From positions 200,693 through 264,692 of the forward strand of contig CAWHCF010000044.1 in NCBI GenBank assembly GCA_963827655.1: a stretch of 64,000 nucleotides of DNA, given 5' to 3'. Positions 30,953 through 39,395 of the stretch are shown piece after piece. A model generated the notes under the pieces. That model worked only from the letters and a program-made list of their open reading frames with translations, made no database searches and had not been told where the DNA came from. The DNA comes from an uncultured Acidobacteriota bacterium. Its GTDB lineage: Bacteria; Acidobacteriota; UBA6911. Position 1 is the stretch's first letter. Each line of letters opens with the position of its first letter. The position numbers were made by a program, and so were the translations under genes.

Positions 30953-32365
30953 ATGAACATGCTGATCAGATTTTCAAGAAGAGTCAGAGTTACCGGTTTC
31001 CTGTTCCTCTTTGTCTTGTCAGGAGCGAACTTGGTTCTCCCCCAACCCAGAGCCGACCAGATAGAGCCGCGCGCCGGCACCTGGAAGACCTGGGTGCTCT
31101 CATCGGGCAGCGAGCTTCGTGTGCCGCCCCCGCCCAATCAGACCGTCACCGGCTTCGAGATTGAGTGGCTGCGATCGCTGGACACGGAACGAAACGAGAT
31201 CGCGCTCAAGCACGCCCACCACTGGAACGCCGGATCACCCGCCTACCGGTGGGTCGAACATGTGATCAAACGCATCGTCGAAGGGAGAGCCGGCGCGGTC
31301 AACATGATTCGCATGTGGACCTACGTGACCATGGCCATGCACGACGCTACGATCGCGGCCTGGGACTCGAAGTATTTCTACAACCGCCCGCGCCCAAGTG
31401 AGGTCGATCCGACCCTGGCGACTATTTTTCCCAACCCGCGAAGTCCTTCTTACCCATCCGAGTACGGCGCTGCGGCCGGCGCGGCTTCGGCTGTCCTCGC
31501 CTATCTCTATCCCGGTGAAGCGCAGGCGCTCGCAGTACTCGCCGAGGAAGCCACCCGATCCAGACTGTACGCGCGCGTTGAATACCCAAGCGACTACTTT
31601 GCCGGCCTCGAACTCGGGCGGGCCGTGGCCGCAAAGGTGATCGAGCGCGCCCGCGCGGATGGCAGCGATGCGGTGCCGAATCTGACGGTTCCGACCGGAC
31701 CCGGCTTCTGGATAGGCACCAATCCGATCGGTCAGACAATCCCGAACTGGAAAGCCTTTCTGCTCTCCGCCAACAACGAATTCAGGCCCCCTCCTCCTCC
31801 CGCTCATGACTCGCAAGAGAAGGCGGACGAGTTAGCCGTGGTCCGAAACCACCCTCGGGCCGCCGGTAGTCCGGCGGCTTTCGAGACCAGCTGGAGAGCG
31901 ATGCTCACCGAGTCGGGCGAAGGCGTACGCACCTCCTGGCACCACCTGGCCAGCCAAAAGATTTTCGAATACCGGCTGGAAAACAATCCACCTCGCGCGG
32001 CCCGTGTGTACGCGCTGGTAAGCGTCGCTCAGTTCGATACTCAGATCGCGTCCTATGACGGGAAGTTCACCTATTGGGCCCCGCGTCCTTCGCATCTGGA
32101 CAGCAGCATCACCCCCCTCTTTCCAGTACCGAACCACCCCTGCTATCCATCCAATGGCGCCGCCTACTCGCGAGCTCCGGCGGAAGTTCTAGCCTATTTG
32201 TTCCCACAAGACGGCGACGCTATTCTCGCCAAAGGCGTGGAACAGGGCATGTCACGGATTTGGGCGGGTATCCATTTCCCGAGTTGCTTCAATGCCGGCC
32301 GAGCCATGGCCTTGAGGGTGGCCCAGAAGGTCATTGCCTGGGCGGAAAACGATGGCTCGAGATAA
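30953..32365 (+). CDS. Exported tandem PAP2/vanadium-haloperoxidase-like protein
   Basis: Two domains, each with K-x6-RP, YPS and SR-x5-(H/E) motifs; RBS GAGGAG. Confidence 0.8.
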   Translation: MNMLIRFSRRVRVTGFLFLFVLSGANLVLPQPRADQIEPRAGTWKTWVLSSGSELRVPPPPNQTVTGFEIEWLRSLDTERNEIALKHAHHWNAGSPAYRWVEHVIKRIVEGRAGAVNMIRMWTYVTMAMHDATIAAWDSKYFYNRPRPSEVDPTLATIFPNPRSPSYPSEYGAAAGAASAVLAYLYPGEAQALAVLAEEATRSRLYARVEYPSDYFAGLELGRAVAAKVIERARADGSDAVPNLTVPTGPGFWIGTNPIGQTIPNWKAFLLSANNEFRPPPPPAHDSQEKADELAVVRNHPRAAGSPAAFETSWRAMLTESGEGVRTSWHHLASQKIFEYRLENNPPRAARVYALVSVAQFDTQIASYDGKFTYWAPRPSHLDSSITPLFPVPNHPCYPSNGAAYSRAPAEVLAYLFPQDGDAILAKGVEQGMSRIWAGIHFPSCFNAGRAMALRVAQKVIAWAENDGSR

Positions 32366-32457
32366 GTAGCGAGGTGCTGGCGCCCGACAAGATTGCTGGC
32401 GTTTCTTCGAGTCTTTGAGTCTTAGTGGTTGGTTTTGTTCGCCGCACCAACCACTAA

Positions 32458-32699
32458 GGGTTCGCGCAGAAATAAGTTCGCATTCTGCTGCAGGCCCCCA
32501 GGCCCGCTGGCGAGGCGCGAGCGACGATGCGTACCCGGCGCGGTACGTGAGGAGCGAGCAACAAAGCCAGCGGGCTGCGGGCCGCAGCCCGAAGGGGCGC
32601 GCTCCTCAAGGTGCCAGGCTGGGTTGCTGACAGAAACCTCGGTTCAAAATGACCCACGGATTCTCGCGCCAGAATGTGAAGTTATTTCTGCGCGAGCCC
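32458..32699. mobile_element. MITE (242 bp) with 30-bp terminal inverted repeats, inserted at cTAAg
   Basis: TIR GGGYTCGCGCAGAAATAASTTCRCATTCTG (27/30 match between ends); CTAAG on both sides; second copy at 61134-61274. Confidence 0.85.
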
Positions 32700-32730
32700 T
32701 AAGACGCGAAGACACCAAGAAACGCCAAGC

Positions 32731-34041
32731 CTACGATTTCGCGATCTTCATCTTCATGAACACCAGACCGGTCAGAAGCTTGGGGTAGAAGTCCGTCGAC
32801 TTCTGGGGCATGCGCTCGCCAAGAACGGCGATCCGCTGCACTTGCTCCACGCTGGTCGGGTTGAGAAAAAACGCGGCCTGGTAACGTTCATCGTCCACTC
32901 GCCGGATACAAGCCTCCCGGTCGCGAGCGTAATCCACGTGAGCCTGGGCTACCAGCTTACCCTCATCGATCCCAAGCAGACGATTGAGAACCAGGGTATG
33001 CAGAATGCTGACGTCCAGGTGGCGGTACGCCTCCGGATGTGACAGCATGAACGGATCGACCTTGGCTTCTTCCTTCAGGCGAAGCAGAGAAAAGCTTCGC
33101 GTGTCTCCGGGGTAGAAACCAAAGACATGGGAGGAACTCCGCCCCGCCATCATCTTTTCCCAGAGAAGCGCGCTCGATGCCACGGATTCGATTTCAAAGA
33201 AGCGCCTCGCCTCGCCCAGAAAGTTGCGTGAATTGAATTCAGGCAGATCGCGAATCAACCGGTGTGTTGGAAGTATCGTGATGCCCCGATCGGCGCTGTT
33301 GAAGCAGGCTACCAGCCGCTTGTCGAAAGATTCAATGCCCGCCGGTTTGAAACCGCTGGCCTCGCATTCCTTCATGAAATTGACCGACGTCTCGAAACGA
33401 TGGTGTCCGTCGGCGATGAAGAGTTCCTCGGGAACCATCGACTCGGCAATTTTCTTTATCACCGCGGGATTGGTGATAATCCAAACCCGGTGTTTGACTC
33501 CGAAATCATCACTGACGTCGATCTCGGGATGGGAAAGCGAGGCAGCTTCATCAAGCATGCCGTTGACCGCCACCTTATCGTCGGTATACAGCATGAAGAT
33601 GAGGTCCTCGTTACATTCGGTCGCCCGCATGAGGCGCAGCCGATCCTCTTTGGGTTCCGCCATGGTGCGTTCATGCGGCAGAACGCCCGAGCCCGAGTGC
33701 TTCAAGTCCAGCAGAGCCATAAAGCCCCGCCTCACTTTCGCCTTACCTTCCACTTCATAGTACTGGTAGTAGACGTAGATCGCCGGCTCAGGGTCCTGGA
33801 TCAGCACTGAATCGCGGATCCAGCCTTGCAGCGTGGAAGACGCTTCAGAATAATCCGTGTCGGGATTGACGGTTTTTTCCAGGCTCTTGGTAATGCGCGC
33901 CACATTGTAGGGCGAGCGGCGATAGTAATCCTGCTGCAGCTCCGGAGAGATCTTGTCGTAGGGTTGTGTGACCAGCCGATCGAGGTCGCCGGCCTGCGTC
34001 CTGTTGTAGCGATATGCCCGGAATGGATGTAACTCAGCCAA
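32731..34041 (-). CDS. DUF1015 family protein
   Basis: PFRA.RY, PYD, PHE.T, IADGHHR, MPQKST.FYPK. Confidence 0.9.
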   Translation of the reverse strand: MAELHPFRAYRYNRTQAGDLDRLVTQPYDKISPELQQDYYRRSPYNVARITKSLEKTVNPDTDYSEASSTLQGWIRDSVLIQDPEPAIYVYYQYYEVEGKAKVRRGFMALLDLKHSGSGVLPHERTMAEPKEDRLRLMRATECNEDLIFMLYTDDKVAVNGMLDEAASLSHPEIDVSDDFGVKHRVWIITNPAVIKKIAESMVPEELFIADGHHRFETSVNFMKECEASGFKPAGIESFDKRLVACFNSADRGITILPTHRLIRDLPEFNSRNFLGEARRFFEIESVASSALLWEKMMAGRSSSHVFGFYPGDTRSFSLLRLKEEAKVDPFMLSHPEAYRHLDVSILHTLVLNRLLGIDEGKLVAQAHVDYARDREACIRRVDDERYQAAFFLNPTSVEQVQRIAVLGERMPQKSTDFYPKLLTGLVFMKMKIAKS

Positions 34042-34059
34042 GCCTAACCACCGATGGTT

Positions 34060-34896
34060 TTACCGCAGCAAATCCTCGAGCTGGATCCTGCTCTCCGTTT
34101 TCGAATCCCGGTACTTGACGATAATGGGAGTATAGATCGAGAGCTGTTGCTCTTTCCCCCACCCATCGGAAACGGCTCGGGTCCCGGGGACCACCACTGC
34201 CTGAGCCGGTATTTCGAGGGGGCGATCGTCCTGGCGCCGATAAAGCGTCTTTCTCACGAGATCGTAAACCGGCGTGCCCCCGGTGAGGATCGTCCCCGCA
34301 CCGAGGACCGCACCCTCGCGAATAATAGTCCCTTCATAAACACCGCAGTTACCGCCGATCAAGACATCGTCTTCAACTATGACGGGGAGCGCCCCGACCG
34401 GCTCGAGCACTCCGCCGATCTGGCTGCCGGCGCTCAAGTGAACGCGCTTGCCGATCTGCGCGCATGAACCAACCAGGGCGTGAGAGTCGATCATGGTGCC
34501 GTCATCCACGAACGCCCCGGCGTTGATGTACATGGGAGGCATGCAAGTCACTCCTTTTCCCATGTGGACTCCATCCCGTATCGAGGACCCGCCGGGAACG
34601 ACCCGGACCCCGTCATCGATGGTAAGGCGCTTCAACGGAAAAGTATGCTTGTCGAAAAAGCGGAAATTATCGTCCACCGAAAAATTCTTCAAGCTTCCCA
34701 TCTTGAAGCCCAGCAGAATTCCCTGCTTGACCCAGAGATTAACGGTCCAGGTGGCGTCTCGCCTCGCGGCGGCACGGATCTCGCCTCTGTTGAGCGCGTC
34801 CTTGAACTCTTCGAAGATTCGAAAGTCCTCGCGCGAGTATCCTTCCTGCGGCGGGTCTCGGAAAAGACGGCTAATCTCCTGTTCGAGTTCTTTCAC
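34060..34896 (-). CDS. dapD: 2,3,4,5-tetrahydropyridine-2,6-dicarboxylate N-succinyltransferase
   Basis: WVKQGILLGF, RVVP, GSCAQIG..VHLS, GGVLEP. Confidence 0.93.
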   Translation of the reverse strand: MKELEQEISRLFRDPPQEGYSREDFRIFEEFKDALNRGEIRAAARRDATWTVNLWVKQGILLGFKMGSLKNFSVDDNFRFFDKHTFPLKRLTIDDGVRVVPGGSSIRDGVHMGKGVTCMPPMYINAGAFVDDGTMIDSHALVGSCAQIGKRVHLSAGSQIGGVLEPVGALPVIVEDDVLIGGNCGVYEGTIIREGAVLGAGTILTGGTPVYDLVRKTLYRRQDDRPLEIPAQAVVVPGTRAVSDGWGKEQQLSIYTPIIVKYRDSKTESRIQLEDLLR

Positions 34897-34924
34897 GGCA
34901 GTTCACAGAGAAGGCGTGACAGTC

Positions 34925-35815
34925 TCATGGCACGAGCTGAAGTTCCCGTAGGACTGCGGAAAGCTTGGTCCGCGCGCCCTCGGAGATCGGTACCAGCGGC
35001 AACCGGTAGACCTCTGCGATTTTTCCCATCATGGCAAGCGCCGCCTTCACCGGTATGGGACTGGACTCGACAAAGTTGACCTTCATGAGCGGATAAAGCT
35101 TTCGGTTCCATGCGCGAGCCTCTTGCCAGCGCCCCTCCAGGCATGCGGTCGTGAACTCCGCCATCATGCGCGGCGCCTCATTCGAGGCTACCGAGATGAC
35201 CCCACGCCCTCCGAGAGCAATCAACGGCAGGGTAACGGCATCGTCGCCTGAAAGGACGGCAAAGTCTTCAGACGCTCGAGTGCAGAGATCGCCGATCTGC
35301 GAAATATTCCCGCTCGCTTCCTTCACTGCCACGATGTTGGGTATCTCGGCCAGGCGAAGTAACGTTTCGGGTTCGATATTACTCGAGGTCCGGCCGGGAA
35401 CATTATAGACAATGATGGGCAGGTCCGTAGAACGCGCGATTGCGCGGAAGTGCTGGTAAATCCCCTCTTGAGTTGGCTTGTTGTAGTACGGGGAAACCGA
35501 GAGAATCGCGTCGACCCGGAGCCTCTTCAGTTCCTCGATCAGTTCGATCACCTTGGCTGTATTGTTGCCTCCCGCTCCGGCAACAACGGGAACACGCCCC
35601 GCGGCTACCTGGACTGTTACCTTTACGACGCAGAGGTACTCCTCATGGGTCAGGGTCACGCTCTCTCCTGTCGTGCCGCAAGGAACCAGGAAATGAATGC
35701 CCTCTTCGATCTGCCAGTCAACAAACGAGCTCAGAGTTCGTTCATCGAGGCTTCCGTCTTTCTGAAACGGCGTAACCATCGCCGTTCCGCAGCCGCGCAG
35801 AGCCAGTTTGCTCAT
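34925..35815 (-). CDS. dapA: 4-hydroxy-tetrahydrodipicolinate synthase
   Basis: GTTGE, PYYNKP, YNVPGRT, VKEASG. Confidence 0.95.
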   Translation of the reverse strand: MSKLALRGCGTAMVTPFQKDGSLDERTLSSFVDWQIEEGIHFLVPCGTTGESVTLTHEEYLCVVKVTVQVAAGRVPVVAGAGGNNTAKVIELIEELKRLRVDAILSVSPYYNKPTQEGIYQHFRAIARSTDLPIIVYNVPGRTSSNIEPETLLRLAEIPNIVAVKEASGNISQIGDLCTRASEDFAVLSGDDAVTLPLIALGGRGVISVASNEAPRMMAEFTTACLEGRWQEARAWNRKLYPLMKVNFVESSPIPVKAALAMMGKIAEVYRLPLVPISEGARTKLSAVLRELQLVP

Positions 35816-35828
35816 GACATCTCCTTTG

Positions 35829-35971
35829 GATTTACGATTGACGATTTACGATTGACGATTTTAAAAGCAACCGACAGCGGCGCTTCAAACGTCAAACCTG
35901 CAATCGCGCCCTGATAATTGACTAATGACGAATAAAATCAATCGTCAATCGTAAATCGTCAATCGTCAATC
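35829..35971. repeat. Inverted heptamer arrays (KACGATT)x4 ... (AATCGTM)x4
   Basis: Tandem arrays between dapB and dapA. Confidence 0.85.
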
Positions 35972-36696
35972 CTGTTGATTCCAATGATTTCGCGGAAAAC
36001 GTCTCGAAAATCGTACAAGCCCTTCTTACCTTTGATCCAGCGCGCGGCGAGTATCGCCCCCTCGGCAAAGCCCTGCCGGCCACGGGCGCGATGTTCCAGG
36101 ATAATAGTATCCGATTCGCTATCATATCCCACGGCATGGTTCCCGGGAATGAACCCAGCGCGAATGCTGGCAATTCCAGGAGACGTTTCTTTCACGTGTG
36201 GCTTCAGCAGTTCGAACAAGTTTAACGCCGTTCCCGAAGGGGCGTCCTTCTTGGTGCGATGATGTTCCTCGACGATGTACGGATCGTATTGAGGAACGTT
36301 GGCGATGATCCGCGCCGCGTGAGCTACGATCTCGAAGAAAAGGTTCACCCCGACCGAGAAATTGGAAGCATAGATCAGCCCGATCCCCGACTCACGAACG
36401 GTTCGCTCGACTCCGTCCCGCGCTTCAAGCCATCCTGTAGTCCCTACCACAAGGTTCACCCCGGCTCGCGCTGCGGCCTCGATGTTGGGCAACACCGCAT
36501 CGGGTTGAGAGAAGTCCATGGCTACGTCGACGCCTGCCATCGACGCGGAGGTAATGCCGCTTCCGCCGGCATTGTCGTCGATGTCGAGTTTGGGAGAAAC
36601 TTCCCATCCTTCGCGCAGAGCCAGAGTTTCCACCAGCCTTCCCATCTTTCCGTAACCTAACAGCGCGACTCGCATCCTCACACCCTGGTTACTCAA
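35959..36696 (-). CDS. dapB: 4-hydroxy-tetrahydrodipicolinate reductase
   Basis: GYGKMG, GTTG, NFSVG, EEHH.TKKDAPSGTA. Confidence 0.95.
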   Translation of the reverse strand: MSNQGVRMRVALLGYGKMGRLVETLALREGWEVSPKLDIDDNAGGSGITSASMAGVDVAMDFSQPDAVLPNIEAAARAGVNLVVGTTGWLEARDGVERTVRESGIGLIYASNFSVGVNLFFEIVAHAARIIANVPQYDPYIVEEHHRTKKDAPSGTALNLFELLKPHVKETSPGIASIRAGFIPGNHAVGYDSESDTIILEHRARGRQGFAEGAILAARWIKGKKGLYDFRDVFREIIGINRIDD

Positions 36697-38062
36697 AAAT
36701 TCGCCTGTCGAGCTTTTGAAAGAACACGTCGTGCAAACCCCTCACCGCCGCGGGCAGCCTGTCTTCATCGATGACGAACGTGATGTTAATCGCGGACGCG
36801 CCCTGTGAAATCATATGTACGTTGACATCCTGCAGCGCGCTGAACACAAGATGCGCCACTCCGGGAATATTGCGCAAATGGTCGCCCACGCAACAGACTA
36901 TGGCCTTCCCCCCGTCCACGTTGACTTCGCCGATTTTCTTCAATTCCGTGACTACGTCAAACAGGGTTGACGTGTCGTCCAGCGTCAACGATACGCTCAC
37001 CTCCGATGTGGAAACAACATCAACCGGGGTCTTGTGCAAATCGAAAATCTCAAAGATTTTCTTCAGGAAGCCATGGGCCATCAGCATTCGGGTTGACGCG
37101 ATGTTAACGATCGTGATCCCCTTCTTATACGCAATCGACTTCACGGGATTCTCGCATGGAGGAGTTTCGTCCGTGATGAGGGTGCCATCCTGGTCCGGCT
37201 TGTAACTGTTCAGCACGTGCACTGGAATCTTCTTACGGACAGCCGGCAGGATCGTCGCGGGGTGGAGGACACGGGCGCCGAAATACGCCAGCTCCGCGGC
37301 CTCATCAAACGAGATGACTTTCACCCGGCGCGCTTCAGGTACCATGCGTGGATCCGTCGTCATGATGCCGTCCACGTCGGTCCAGATCTGAATGTCATAG
37401 GCATCAAGGGCCGCGCCTACGATCGCAGCCGTATAGTCCGAGCCGCCTCGCCCGATCGTGGTCGTGATTCCATTGCGCGTCGAGCCGATGAATCCCTGGA
37501 CGACCGGAACCCTGCCGTTCTTGACCGCCGGGCCGAGCTGTTCCCGAATCGCAGCCTCGGTGAGTTCGAATAAAGGCGCGGCCCGGGTGAAGTTCTCGTC
37601 GGTGATGATGCACTGGCGCGAATCCATGAGCTGGGAGCGAATACCGCGTTCTTCGAACACGTGCGCCAGAATCAGCGTGGAGAGCCTCTCCCCGAAGCTC
37701 GCGATCGTATCCATGCTGCGCGGCGTCAGTTCTCCGAGGACAGCCAGGCCCCTCATCAAGGTGCCAACTTCTTTGAAGTGAAGGCTGATTGCGTCCAGCA
37801 CGTCGCCCCTCGAGCTGCCCGAGAGCAACTTTTGCGTTTCACGCAGGTGCTTCTCTTTTAGCCGGGTGACCTGCTCGAGCGCTTCCTGCTTCTTCCCATC
37901 AGCGGCCAGCGACGCCGCCTTGAGCAACCCATCCGTGGTTCGCCCCATGGCGGAGGCCACCACAATCGGCTTCTGCTTCAGGCGCTGCTTGATGACGCAG
38001 GCCACCCGTTCCATCGCCTCGGCATCCTGGACGGATGTCCCGCCAAACTTGCAGACGATCAT
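36689..38062 (-). CDS. lysC: Aspartate kinase
   Basis: KFGGTSV, GRGGSDYTA, WTDVDG..T.DP, ACT domains. Confidence 0.95.
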   Translation of the reverse strand: MIVCKFGGTSVQDAEAMERVACVIKQRLKQKPIVVASAMGRTTDGLLKAASLAADGKKQEALEQVTRLKEKHLRETQKLLSGSSRGDVLDAISLHFKEVGTLMRGLAVLGELTPRSMDTIASFGERLSTLILAHVFEERGIRSQLMDSRQCIITDENFTRAAPLFELTEAAIREQLGPAVKNGRVPVVQGFIGSTRNGITTTIGRGGSDYTAAIVGAALDAYDIQIWTDVDGIMTTDPRMVPEARRVKVISFDEAAELAYFGARVLHPATILPAVRKKIPVHVLNSYKPDQDGTLITDETPPCENPVKSIAYKKGITIVNIASTRMLMAHGFLKKIFEIFDLHKTPVDVVSTSEVSVSLTLDDTSTLFDVVTELKKIGEVNVDGGKAIVCCVGDHLRNIPGVAHLVFSALQDVNVHMISQGASAINITFVIDEDRLPAAVRGLHDVFFQKLDRRIFE

Positions 38063-38064
38063 GG

Positions 38065-39111
38065 TCAGTCCAGGAAACCCTGCGCCTTGAGCAACTCGGC
38101 GTTCAGGATAGATGCTCCCGCTGCTCCGCGGATGGTATTGTGACCCATTACGGTGAATTTGAAATCGAGCACAGGACAGGGACGAATCCGCCCCACCAGG
38201 GCGGCCATCCCGCCCGAATGGTTCACGTCGAAGCGCGGCTGGGGCCGGTCTTTTTCGGGCATGACGATCAGCGGGTGTTCGGGCGCGCTGGGCAATCGAA
38301 GCCGCTGCGGCGGACCTGAAAAGTCCTGGAGCGTCTCGGCTATCTCCTCAACCGTGGTCTTGCGGGCGAACTTCACCGAAACGGATTCGGTATGACCATC
38401 CTCTACCGCCACCCGATTACATTGAGCGCTCACGGCAAAGTCGGCGAGCTGGATCGACTCACCGTTAAGCCGGCCGAGGATCTTGCGGGTCTCGATCTCC
38501 ATTTTCTCTTCCTCGCCTCCGATAAATGGAATGACATTCCCCAGAATGTCGAGCGACGGAACTCCCGGATAGCCCGCCCCGGAGATCGCTTGCATCGTGG
38601 TCACGAACACCTTCTCAACCGTGAAGGCGCGGTGTAAAGGACCGAGAGCCATCGCCAGAAACATCGTGGAGCAATTCGAGTTGGTAATGATATAGCCGTG
38701 GCCGTCGCGTCTCCGCCGCTGCACCGGAATCAGGCCAAGGTGATCATGATTCAATTCCGGAATAACCAGCGGGACATCTGCGTCCATCCGATGGTTTCTC
38801 GAGTTGCTCAAAACGACGTATCCGGCGCGCGCGAAGTTTTCTTCAACTTCTCCAGCTACCGACGCATCCAATCCGGAAAAAACAATCTTGCAATCGAGCT
38901 GGGGCGTGCACGGACGGACTTCCAGGTCGCGCACGGTCTCCGGAATCGGCGTATTCTGTTTCCATGAAACCGCGTCTGCGTAACGCTTTCCAGCCGATCG
39001 CTCCGAGGCCGCAACTTGAGTCACCTCAAGCCAAGGGTGAGATTCGAGCAGCTTGATAAACTTCTGGCCCACCGCGCCGGTAGCGCCCAACACGCCGACA
39101 GGTATTCTCAT
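38065..39111 (-). CDS. asd: Aspartate-semialdehyde dehydrogenase (archaeal/fungal-type)
   Basis: GATGAVGQ, NSNCST, QAISGAGYPG, HNTIRGAAG. Confidence 0.95.
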   Translation of the reverse strand: MRIPVGVLGATGAVGQKFIKLLESHPWLEVTQVAASERSAGKRYADAVSWKQNTPIPETVRDLEVRPCTPQLDCKIVFSGLDASVAGEVEENFARAGYVVLSNSRNHRMDADVPLVIPELNHDHLGLIPVQRRRRDGHGYIITNSNCSTMFLAMALGPLHRAFTVEKVFVTTMQAISGAGYPGVPSLDILGNVIPFIGGEEEKMEIETRKILGRLNGESIQLADFAVSAQCNRVAVEDGHTESVSVKFARKTTVEEIAETLQDFSGPPQRLRLPSAPEHPLIVMPEKDRPQPRFDVNHSGGMAALVGRIRPCPVLDFKFTVMGHNTIRGAAGASILNAELLKAQGFLD

Positions 39112-39205
39112 GATCCTCCATCCTTCCCAAACAGCACTCTCGTAGAACTTGCGAGAAAAAGGCCGGATATTTTCTCACATCGTCTCGAGCGCAACAAGCC
39201 ATTAA

Positions 39206-39373
39206 GACATTGACGATTTAATTGACGATTGATATTAAACACAAACGAAACATCGGCGCTTCAATTTCGATTTGTTACATAACACAAACAGACCTGCCGG
39301 AACTAGGACCTCCCCATTTGAGATTGAGGCGATACTGTCTCGTCAATCGTCAATCGTCAATCGTCAATCGTCA
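39206..39373. repeat. Inverted heptamer arrays (GACGATT)n ... (AATCGTC)x4
   Basis: Degenerate left array and perfect right array in the divergent intergenic region. Confidence 0.8.
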
Positions 39374-39395
39374 TCCGTATGCTAGAGTGTTCCCC

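Noticed and set aside
39112-39395. Lysine riboswitch upstream of asd-lysC-dap
   Set aside because: No L-box consensus recognised; the region is occupied by heptamer arrays
39222-39395. N-terminal extension of ORF 39222..41444
   Set aside because: It is translated heptamer repeat (NRQSSIVNR); ATG 39396 follows a TGcTAGAGT element and is more plausible
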